A stretch of DNA of 64,000 bases from Spirulina sp. (GTDB lineage: Bacteria > Cyanobacteriota > Cyanobacteriia > Phormidesmidales > Phormidesmidaceae), in the NCBI GenBank assembly GCA_044070495.1, contig JBIPSI010000005.1, positions 96,001-160,000 of the forward strand, written 5' to 3'. Below are positions 56,148 through 64,000 of this stretch, piece after piece (the stretch's first letter is position 1; the number at the start of each line of letters is the position of its first letter). The translations under genes and the position numbers were made by a program. Below the pieces are notes generated by a model. That model worked only from the letters and a program-made list of their open reading frames with translations. It made no database searches and was not told the DNA's origin.

Positions 56148-58712
56148 CTAGGCGTCCCCCATGACTGGGGCTTCGGCGGGGGAGACACCTCTGAGGGTCT
56201 GAAGGAGAGCCTTAATGCGATGGCTCTGCTGAACATCCAGCACCTTGGGAAAGCTGAGATCGAGGGTGGTGGTAGTGGGTTCAGAATGGATGGCATCGAG
56301 TTGAGCCACGAGTCTCACCACGTCTTGATCCTCGGTGTGTACCATCAAGCCCACGGGTTCTCCTTTGCCAAAGATTTCAGGGTGTAGGACAAGGCCATGA
56401 TCCTGGGCAACGACCACCTGCATCCTCCGGCTATTCAGAGCGAAGGCCATGGCATCCAGGTAATGGCCCTGGCTGTAGATTTGGGTGTATGCCTTCACAG
56501 TTTTGTAGACGGGCTGGGCCTCGGAGGGTTTGGTGTCACGGAAGGCCCGCAGCAAACTGGTCATCAGGAAGCGAATGGATTCTAGGGGCTTATCGGCATT
56601 GTTGCGCGTTTGGGAGTACCACTGGCTAACGTCGGAGAAGATCACGAGCATCAGATCGTCCTGCTGAGCCTGGGTCATGTCCTCGAAGGTGACGGTAATG
56701 GCGACCTCTTGGTCATTACGAGGGTTCACCCGCAGCACCCGCCCCTGGAGGAAGACGCGGCTAGTGGTGTCGCCGTGGATCTCCACATCCACCGTATCCG
56801 GTAGGTTTGGCCAGTCGGTGAGCAGAATTTGGGCTCCGGTTTCACTAATGTCGATGGTGCTGCCATGGAAGGTGCTGTTGCCGGAAAATACCGTGACCCG
56901 AAGCTGGCGGTTGAGGCGGTGGGACTGACGCAGTTGGGGCTGCTCTAGGGCCACCAGAATGGCGGCAGACAGCAATACCAGGTTAACCACGCACCAGGTG
57001 GCATTAATCCACACGGCATCGGCATCTTGGAGTTCGGTAATCAGCCAGTAGGGCACTAAAATCAGGGAAACTAGGCTGAGAATGCCGATAATCACCAGCA
57101 GGCGCACCGAGGCCCAGTCGAAGTCGCGCTTGGTGACCTGTAAGCCCTTATCTGTCACGTTGAAGCTGCCCATTTTGGGGTTTACCAGGGCCATAAAGGT
57201 GACGATGCCATCCTGGAAGGCCATGGAATACTCAAAGATTTCGTTCCAGAAGGAGAACCGCACCCCCTTTTGGATGATGTAGTTGGCGTTGAGGGCCAGC
57301 AGAATCGAGGGTAGGGCATAGGTTAGAGTTTCCACGCCTAGCCCACGTACCAGGTTGACGCCAAACATCAAAAAGGCGATGGGGGCAATGGCATACATCA
57401 GGCGCGGAAAGCCAAAGAAGAAGTGGGTGGTGGCGGAGGTGTAGCAAATCCGCTGGGGAATGGTGAGTTTGCGGTTAAACAGGGGCCATTCTAGGCGCAA
57501 AATTTGGGCCATGCCCCGCGCCCAGCGCACCTGCTGCCCCACGTAGGAGGAAAACTTTTCGGGGGCTAGCCCAGCCACCATGATTTTGTCGTAGTAGACG
57601 GTTTCGTAGCCCTTGGAGTGTAACCGCAGAGAGGTATGACAGTCTTCGGTGACGGTTTCGACCGCAATGCCGCCCACCTCTAGCAGGTGCTTTTTGCGGA
57701 CAATGGCGGCAGATCCGCAGAAGAAGGAGGCATTCCAGAAGTCGTTGCCCTTTTGCAGCACCTTGTAGAACAACTCGTTGCCCACGGGCACCTTGCCCTG
57801 GGTCAGCAGGTTGCGCTCAAAGGGGTCGGGGTTGTAGAACCAGTGGGGCGTTTGGACGAGGGACACCTTGGGATTGAGGAAAAATCCGACGGTTTCCTTC
57901 AAAATGTTGCGGGTGGGGATGTGGTCGCAGTCGAGGATCAGCACCAGGTCGCCGGGGGTGCGGTTGAGGGCGCTGTTGATGTTGCCCGCCTTGGCGTGGT
58001 TGTTGTCGCCTCGGGTCACCAGTTCACAGTCGATCTCTTCACACATCTGCCGCAGTTTGGCCCGCCGTTCGGGGTATTTCCGACCATCGTCGAGCACGTA
58101 GATGTTCTTTTTACCCGCCGGATAGTCGATGACGAGGGCGGCCAGGGCAGTTTTGCGGACGATCTCGATATCTTCGTTGTAGGTCGGGATATAGACATCC
58201 ACCTGGGGCCACTGATCGAGAGGCACTCGATCCATGCTGACCGACCGACGGTGCTTGAGTTTGAGGGTTTGGAAGTAGGCCAAAATCAGCGTGCCAATGG
58301 CGTAAAGCTCAGCGGCATAGAGCAGCAGACTGAAGGTGGTGTTGACCCAGCCGTCGAAATTCAGGGTGTTGAGGGTGCGGTAGTAGAGGTAGCGCAGGGT
58401 GACGACAATGCTGAGCCACATCAGCACGAGGTGAATCTGTTCGCTGGTGCGCTCATGTTGCTGACGCTGCTCTAACTTGACCAAAAACCAACCCATGGCA
58501 ATCAGCAACACCGCTAAAATGCCCTGCTGCCGCAAAGAGAGCGGCGTCACAATCAGGGGCAGGGAGAGGAAAAGGGCAACCGCCATCAGCCACAACAGGT
58601 TGCGCTGGCCTCGGTTGCCAAAGGTGGCTTCTAGCCAAATAGGCAGGCCGTCAATGAGCCGGACGAGCCACGGGCCGGAACGGGGATCGGTGGGCGTGGA
58701 TAGGTTACTCAT
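56148..58712 (-). CDS. bcsA: Cellulose synthase catalytic subunit with PilZ domain
   Basis: DDG, HAKAGN, DCD, QTPH, TED, QQVRW, FNVTDK; PilZ RQSHR and DISETG. Confidence 0.93.
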   Translation of the reverse strand: MSNLSTPTDPRSGPWLVRLIDGLPIWLEATFGNRGQRNLLWLMAVALFLSLPLIVTPLSLRQQGILAVLLIAMGWFLVKLEQRQQHERTSEQIHLVLMWLSIVVTLRYLYYRTLNTLNFDGWVNTTFSLLLYAAELYAIGTLILAYFQTLKLKHRRSVSMDRVPLDQWPQVDVYIPTYNEDIEIVRKTALAALVIDYPAGKKNIYVLDDGRKYPERRAKLRQMCEEIDCELVTRGDNNHAKAGNINSALNRTPGDLVLILDCDHIPTRNILKETVGFFLNPKVSLVQTPHWFYNPDPFERNLLTQGKVPVGNELFYKVLQKGNDFWNASFFCGSAAIVRKKHLLEVGGIAVETVTEDCHTSLRLHSKGYETVYYDKIMVAGLAPEKFSSYVGQQVRWARGMAQILRLEWPLFNRKLTIPQRICYTSATTHFFFGFPRLMYAIAPIAFLMFGVNLVRGLGVETLTYALPSILLALNANYIIQKGVRFSFWNEIFEYSMAFQDGIVTFMALVNPKMGSFNVTDKGLQVTKRDFDWASVRLLVIIGILSLVSLILVPYWLITELQDADAVWINATWCVVNLVLLSAAILVALEQPQLRQSHRLNRQLRVTVFSGNSTFHGSTIDISETGAQILLTDWPNLPDTVDVEIHGDTTSRVFLQGRVLRVNPRNDQEVAITVTFEDMTQAQQDDLMLVIFSDVSQWYSQTRNNADKPLESIRFLMTSLLRAFRDTKPSEAQPVYKTVKAYTQIYSQGHYLDAMAFALNSRRMQVVVAQDHGLVLHPEIFGKGEPVGLMVHTEDQDVVRLVAQLDAIHSEPTTTTLDLSFPKVLDVQQSHRIKALLQTLRGVSPAEAPVMGDA

Positions 58713-61228
58713 TGGCTTCCCTCAGGACGACTTAGGCGATTGAGATACAGTTGCGACAGGCCGTAGAGCAGCAGCACTAGGGCCACTAGGCCACCGGGCA
58801 AGAGGAACCAGTTACGCTGCATAAAGGTGACGATACGCCCCCCTAGGCTGCGGCGATCCAGGGTTTGCGGGGGGCGCTGGCTTAGGGCGACCACCTGGTA
58901 GTCGGTTTGGTTGTAGACCGAGGGATTGGGGGTGGTGCGCTGCACGATCACCGTGTCCCCGTTGAGCCTGGCAAAGAGAGCATCTTGCTGAAACATCTGC
59001 TGAATTTCGCCCAAGCCCGCCGTAGTTTGGGCCGATAGCCCTAGCAGCATCCGTTCTCGGTTCCAGGGCGATGCCTGGGCCTGAATCACCCCCGCCTGAT
59101 CCGGCAGGGTTTGGAACTGGCTTTGGTTGTTTTGGCGAGACAATTGCTCCCCTAGGCTAAACCCCTCCACCGCTTGGAAAACCTCTGGGATGGGGAAGTT
59201 ATCCCGCAGGCCAATGCCGACCAAGTTGCGTTCCCGCGCTTCGTTGGGGATGGTATCGGCGGTGTAGGCTCCCAGTTTGACCGATTGCCCTCGGCTCAGC
59301 CGCCCCATACGATCACTGACCGCCAGCATGGTGGCTACGTCGCTTTCCGAGGGTTGGTTGGGTAAAGCCAGGGCCAGGTCGGATAAATCCTGGGGGGCTA
59401 CCAGGGGAAACCCGGTTTTTAGGTTGTTCAGGTCAGTGAGTTGGATGATGTTTGAGCGATTGAGATTCAGGGCGCTGTTGCCATGTACCGATCCCCACAT
59501 GGGCTGATCCGGCAGCACACCGCAGCTAATCGGGCTGTCGGGGAAGGTATAGAACTGCATCGCCAGCACCGAATTGGGTGTCACCAGTTCCGGGGGAACC
59601 GTCACCGTCACCGAGTCGTTGCCGCCATTGCGAGACCGCAGCCGTTCGCCGCCAATCCCCTGGCCATCGAGCATAATCGAAACGGACGACCGCTTGGGGT
59701 CAATGCCGGGGCTATAGCTATAGCGCAGGGTGAAGGTGCTACCCCGCAACACCTGTTCATTGGGCAGAATCCGCAGGGGAATTTCCACCGGCGGTGGCAC
59801 CGGCGAACCGTTCACCGTTACATCCTGGAACAGTTGATTCGGCGCGATTTCCAGATCGCTCAACCGCAGCCGCTTAACGCCCTCTGGCAGATACCCAGGC
59901 CAGTCCATGGGTGCAGGGGCAGACACCTCCGCCACGGCATTGACCAGGGCCGCTTGCCCCGTTAGCAACTGTTGGTCGGCGGGTTGGGCCAGGGCTTGGG
60001 TCGCCTTGAGCACTGCTGGGGAGTCGTTACCCGTGATCACTAGCACCGGGGTCGATCCGTTGGGCGTGGTGGTCAGCATCAACACCCCAACCCCGTTGGG
60101 CAAGGGATTACCGTTGCCATCCAGCACTTGGTTATTCTCAATGGCGAAGGGGAGGGTTAACTCCGCCAGGGCGGGCTGCTGGGCCGGGGTGCCGATCACC
60201 ACGAGGCGCTGCCCCTCCGCCACCTGATTGAGTTGTTTGACGAGCCGAGTTTGAATCGCCCTACCGTTGCTGAGCCGACTGGCCGCCGCCTGATAGCGAC
60301 CGCTGGCCGTTAGCCAGGGAGTATCGACGGTGTTGGGTAGCAGGTAGGTAAGGCGATCTGGATCCAGGCCCAGGCGATCTAAGAAGGGGTAGGGATAATT
60401 CGACAAATCCAGGGCAATGGCCTGGGGCCGATAATCCAAGATCACCTTGGAATCCGGCAGAATTTCCGTCCACAGCGTTGGGTCGGTGGGATCGGTGCAG
60501 GTGGGTGAGGTGTGCTGTTGCACCTCCATAATCACATTGTTGAAGTCCTGGATCAGGTCAGTCGGGATGTTAAAGGCCACATTGCCAATCGCCTCATCTT
60601 CGCGGTTGAGGGGCACGCTGCCCAGGTGGCGATTATTGAAGCGCACCGTGAGGTTAGAACGGTTGGCGTAGAGGGCGGGGGAATGGCGAAAACGGATAAT
60701 CACCTTGGCCGACTCCACCTGCCAATGGCGGGGGCGGGTAAACCCAATCCGAGCCTGGGAGAGGACCCCCTGCATTTGCAGCGCGTTGCCCACCACCGGA
60801 GAACGGTTGAATTGCAGCACATACTGGCTTTGGGGGCCCGCTAATGCCGGGGGAGTCGCCTCTGGATCGGGAGTTTCGGGTGGATTCGCCGGAGCGTTAG
60901 CTGGGGGATCCGCCGGGGGAGGGCCGCTGGGATTGGGGGGCGTGGGAGCAGGTTGACTATTGGATCCTGGGCGAGATGCAGGGGGGCTAGCCGGACGGGC
61001 GGGGGCCGGAGCCGCAGGGCGGGGGGCTGGACGAACCACGGGGGCCGGGGGTGTGGTTCGGGGTAGGGAATGCTGCTGAATCACGGCATCCTCCTGCTGC
61101 TCCACGGCATTGCCGGACTGCGCGTGGGACGGACTTAATCCGCTCAATCCTAGGATCACCGCACATCCAAGGCCCAGGATGACAAGCCCCAGGCTACGCC
61201 ACCGCCCTAGTCGCCGGAGGAAAGACAT
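58709..61228 (-). CDS. bcsB: Cellulose synthase regulatory subunit BcsB
   Basis: Signal peptide, Pro-rich linker, RSNLTV..N...LGS and DLSNYPYPF patterns, C-terminal TM; ATGA overlap with bcsA; start could be 61228-61264. Confidence 0.85.
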   Translation of the reverse strand: MSFLRRLGRWRSLGLVILGLGCAVILGLSGLSPSHAQSGNAVEQQEDAVIQQHSLPRTTPPAPVVRPAPRPAAPAPARPASPPASRPGSNSQPAPTPPNPSGPPPADPPANAPANPPETPDPEATPPALAGPQSQYVLQFNRSPVVGNALQMQGVLSQARIGFTRPRHWQVESAKVIIRFRHSPALYANRSNLTVRFNNRHLGSVPLNREDEAIGNVAFNIPTDLIQDFNNVIMEVQQHTSPTCTDPTDPTLWTEILPDSKVILDYRPQAIALDLSNYPYPFLDRLGLDPDRLTYLLPNTVDTPWLTASGRYQAAASRLSNGRAIQTRLVKQLNQVAEGQRLVVIGTPAQQPALAELTLPFAIENNQVLDGNGNPLPNGVGVLMLTTTPNGSTPVLVITGNDSPAVLKATQALAQPADQQLLTGQAALVNAVAEVSAPAPMDWPGYLPEGVKRLRLSDLEIAPNQLFQDVTVNGSPVPPPVEIPLRILPNEQVLRGSTFTLRYSYSPGIDPKRSSVSIMLDGQGIGGERLRSRNGGNDSVTVTVPPELVTPNSVLAMQFYTFPDSPISCGVLPDQPMWGSVHGNSALNLNRSNIIQLTDLNNLKTGFPLVAPQDLSDLALALPNQPSESDVATMLAVSDRMGRLSRGQSVKLGAYTADTIPNEARERNLVGIGLRDNFPIPEVFQAVEGFSLGEQLSRQNNQSQFQTLPDQAGVIQAQASPWNRERMLLGLSAQTTAGLGEIQQMFQQDALFARLNGDTVIVQRTTPNPSVYNQTDYQVVALSQRPPQTLDRRSLGGRIVTFMQRNWFLLPGGLVALVLLLYGLSQLYLNRLSRPEGSQ

Positions 61229-61360
61229 TCGTTTATCTAATTTGTTTAAGGTAGTACGCATCACGTATCCATTACGTATAGGTCATGCCTAAGATCCCAG
61301 GATGCTCCCGTTATCTGGGCCTGGAGTTGAGGGTAGGCAGGGGAAGTATGGCTAGCGCTG

Positions 61361-62653
61361 TCACGGCTGCTCCAATTCTTGTAACCACTCAACAGCTAAG
61401 GATTCCGGAGGAAAAAGCCCTAACCAGGCTAAGTTTTGAACATAGTAGGCATTGGCGTTGTCCCAAATTCCGTTGCGGTAGGCAGGCATAATTTTTTGCT
61501 GATACAACTCCGTGGCCACCGAGGGCTGGGTTTGGGCAAAGGCAGCGTACAGCATGGCGTACTGGCCCGTTGCGTCGTAATCAACCAGGGGATCCCCCGC
61601 CAGGGACAACACTGCTGGGATGCGCTGATCCTGCTGCCAAAGCTGCTCCAGGAAGACCAGGTTCTCGGTCAAAAAGGCCGTGGCCCTAGGCTCCTGAAAC
61701 CAGGCTGCATCCCAGGCAATGCGCCACCACACGCGATGGGCATCAAACCCGTACTGACTTCTCAGGGTGGCCGCTTGGGGAGTCTCCTCCAAGGTCTGAG
61801 AAGTCATATCTAAAAGTACCCAATCCCCTGGCAAACCGCTCACGGATAGCACAGAAACTTGATCAAGCACTCGGTAGCTGCTTTCCACCAGGGCCAGCCA
61901 GTCGTGCTCTGGGTCTACCTGGGCGAAGAGGCGAAAGGCGTAGGGGGCCAAGTAGGAGGGGTTGAGGTAGATCGCTCCTGGCCTCGGTTGGAAGGCGGAT
62001 AGCGGCCCCGGCAAGAGGTAGCGGGCACCATCTCCCGCCAGGGGCAGGGTAGACTGCACCCACAGATCCGCCAACTTCAGCCGCGCCAGCTCCAGATAGT
62101 CCGGTCTCTGCCACCGTCGGGAGGCTAAAATCAGCGCGGTAATGGCATCGATGTCGGCATCACTAGCAAAGTTGGCATCCAAAATCTGCCAGCGTCCGTC
62201 GGTGGCCCGTCCCCACTTCCAGGCCCACAGGTGATCCATGCCATCGGCATCGTTGGCGCTGCTGGGTCGCCGCAGATTGTCCTCCGCCCAGCGCAGGGTG
62301 AGGTCAAAGGTTTCTGGATCATCCGCCAGCACCGCCCGCAGCATGGCATAGGCTTGGCCCTCGGAGACGGTGCGCCCCCCATCTTCCCAGTCAATCACCC
62401 GTCCATCGGACTGAATAAACCGCTGCCGATAGGCCTGCCAGCTTTCCGCCAATAGCTCAGCGCGGTCTAGGGTGGTGGGGTCTGTGCCTGTCCCTAGCCA
62501 CAGGGCGGGGATGAGGTTAATCCCCCTAAAGGTGAGGGGTTGAAAGGGTACAGGATCGGGGCGATTCCAGCGACAACCGCCGATCCCTAGGATCAGCAGA
62601 GCGGGGAGGACAGCGAGGGCCGATAGACGTCGTACGGGAAAAGGGGGAGGCAT
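61361..62653 (-). CDS. bcsZ: GH8 endoglucanase BcsZ
   Basis: TVSEGQAYAML, WAWKWG, NFASDAD, LNPSY, YGFDAHR; probable start at ATG 62653. Confidence 0.9.
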   Translation of the reverse strand: MPPPFPVRRLSALAVLPALLILGIGGCRWNRPDPVPFQPLTFRGINLIPALWLGTGTDPTTLDRAELLAESWQAYRQRFIQSDGRVIDWEDGGRTVSEGQAYAMLRAVLADDPETFDLTLRWAEDNLRRPSSANDADGMDHLWAWKWGRATDGRWQILDANFASDADIDAITALILASRRWQRPDYLELARLKLADLWVQSTLPLAGDGARYLLPGPLSAFQPRPGAIYLNPSYLAPYAFRLFAQVDPEHDWLALVESSYRVLDQVSVLSVSGLPGDWVLLDMTSQTLEETPQAATLRSQYGFDAHRVWWRIAWDAAWFQEPRATAFLTENLVFLEQLWQQDQRIPAVLSLAGDPLVDYDATGQYAMLYAAFAQTQPSVATELYQQKIMPAYRNGIWDNANAYYVQNLAWLGLFPPESLAVEWLQELEQP

Positions 62654-62696
62654 AACCCACAAAGCTTTGGCTAGACGGTACAGACGATAGGTCGGG

Positions 62697-62767
62697 GATG
62701 GGATCAATTGGTGATGGGATAAATCAGTGATGAAGGATCGGTGATGGGATCAATCGGTGATGGAATC
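62697..62767 (+). repeat. ~16-bp degenerate tandem repeat (GATGGGATCAATCGGT), ~4.5 copies
   Basis: Units start at 62697, 62713, 62729, 62743 and 62759. Confidence 0.75.
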
Positions 62768-62800
62768 GCCCTTGACGGCACCCTGAAGCGAGGGCGACTC

Positions 62801-64000
62801 CTAAAAGCGTTCCCAAGTGGGCTGGATGCCACGCTGCATCAACAGACTTTCCTGAATTTGCTGGATTTGCTGGTTCACCTGGGGGGTACGAATGCCCTGG
62901 GCCTGCTGCTGCCGTTGCCAAGCTTGCAGTTGCGTAATAGCCGCTAGGGGCCTGCCCTGGGCGGCATTGAGGGCGGCCAAGGAGGTGCGGGCGGTGCTGT
63001 TATCCGCATCCAGGGCGAGGGCCTGCTGATACAGTCGCTCGGCCTGGTCGTAGTTGCCCACCTGAAACTCCAAACCCGCGAGGGCCAGCAGGGCATCGGG
63101 GTTGTTGGGCTGGCGTTGCAGCACTGCCCCATAACTCTGACGGGCAAGGTCGTAGTTTTCGGTTTGCTGGGCCACTTCCCCCAGCACAAAGTACCAATCC
63201 AAAACCGCTGGATTGGCCGCGACCAATTGGCTCGCCTGGGCTTCGGCCTGGGTGGGGTTGGTTTCCGCCAAGACCTGCAAAGCCCGCAGTTGCAGTTGGG
63301 GGTTCCCCGCATCCACCGCCAGCAGCGCTTGGTAGGTACCCAGGAGAGAAGCACTGGGCGGCAGGGCGGTGACCAGGGTAATCAATTCCTGGGGTGGGGT
63401 GGTGTTGGCATACTGTTGCAGCCCTTGATTCAGCACCGCCGTGGCCTGGGCTTCGGTGATTAGTCCGGCCTGGTAGGCCAAGGCCGCCCGCCCTAGGGGA
63501 TAGGCAAAATTCTGGGGATTGGCGGCAATGAGCTGGTCGTAGAGGGCCAACGCCTCTGGGAATCGTCCCTGGATTTGATAGACCGCCGCCAACCCCTGGG
63601 CCGCCCCTGATCGAATGGCAGGCAGGGTACTACTGCTCAACAATTGCTCGTAGCGCTGCTGGCTTTGGGCGAAGTTGCCCTCTCGCCGCTCAATGTCCGC
63701 TAGAAGTAACTGGGTGGTATCCCCATCGCGACTTCCCGCCGGGGTGGCAGCATAGGTGGAGAGAGCGATTTGAGCTTCGGCCAAGCGCCCCTGCTGAATC
63801 AAAATTTGGGCGATACGGAAGTGGAGAAAGGCTTCCGTGGCTCCACCCGCAACCAGGCTTTGGTAGAGCGGCAACAATTCCGGCGGCGGCGGATCGAGCC
63901 GACTGAGCACTTGCCCCATGGTGCGCACCTGCACCGGGTCGGCGGGTAGGGATGGAAAGCTGCTGCGAACCTGTTGCACAAAGGCATTGCGGTTGGTTTG
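62801..64000 (-). CDS. TPR-repeat protein (BcsC-like scaffold), N-terminus outside the window
   Basis: Multiple TPRs (LAAVYQIQGRFPEALALYDQL; LAGLEFQVGNYDQAERLYQQAL); frame stays open to the window edge. Confidence 0.8.
   Translation of the reverse strand, partial: QTNRNAFVQQVRSSFPSLPADPVQVRTMGQVLSRLDPPPPELLPLYQSLVAGGATEAFLHFRIAQILIQQGRLAEAQIALSTYAATPAGSRDGDTTQLLLADIERREGNFAQSQQRYEQLLSSSTLPAIRSGAAQGLAAVYQIQGRFPEALALYDQLIAANPQNFAYPLGRAALAYQAGLITEAQATAVLNQGLQQYANTTPPQELITLVTALPPSASLLGTYQALLAVDAGNPQLQLRALQVLAETNPTQAEAQASQLVAANPAVLDWYFVLGEVAQQTENYDLARQSYGAVLQRQPNNPDALLALAGLEFQVGNYDQAERLYQQALALDADNSTARTSLAALNAAQGRPLAAITQLQAWQRQQQAQGIRTPQVNQQIQQIQESLLMQRGIQPTWERF

Noticed and set aside
57687..58475. 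262-aa + strand ORF
   Set aside because: Antisense shadow of bcsA.
1..64000. tRNA, rRNA or known Rfam RNAs
   Set aside because: No cloverleaf, rRNA or recognisable riboswitch consensus was found by eye; a tRNAscan/Infernal run is needed to exclude them fully.

Overview
Cyanobacterial chromosomal DNA, moderately GC-rich (roughly 55-60% by eye). The gene style suggests a filamentous Leptolyngbya/Nodosilinea-like strain, which is inference only. The first ~33 kb is mostly core genes: NUDIX hydrolase, truB, psaF-psaJ-psaL, tsaD, psbB-psbT, ferredoxin, psbM, Anbu protease, PPTase, NdbB-like reductase, ndhO, aroA, a shortened Pap-like V4R/globin/kinase operon, psaE, mutM, nadK, plmA and a gvpA-C-N-J gas-vesicle operon with an unusually extended GvpN. 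From ~33.7 to 52 kb is an accessory block: three secreted hydrolases, an MscS, three small secreted proteins sharing or duplicating uncharacterised domains, and, divergently, an HTH-AAA protein and an AAA-PAS-TM-WD40 protein separated by a Uma2 gene and a low-GC foreign gene. This block is the best candidate for an undescribed system: a possible transmembrane ATPase-pair signalling circuit with a repeated CAGTCAGTTA motif in its divergent promoter. The window ends with two MscS paralogs, ispG and a TPR-bcsZ-bcsB-bcsA cellulose-synthase operon. Intergenic DNA carries many MITE/REP/SDR-type repeats. I found no rRNA, tRNA, CRISPR array or transposase. All calls come from reading the sequence and ORF track; no searches were run.
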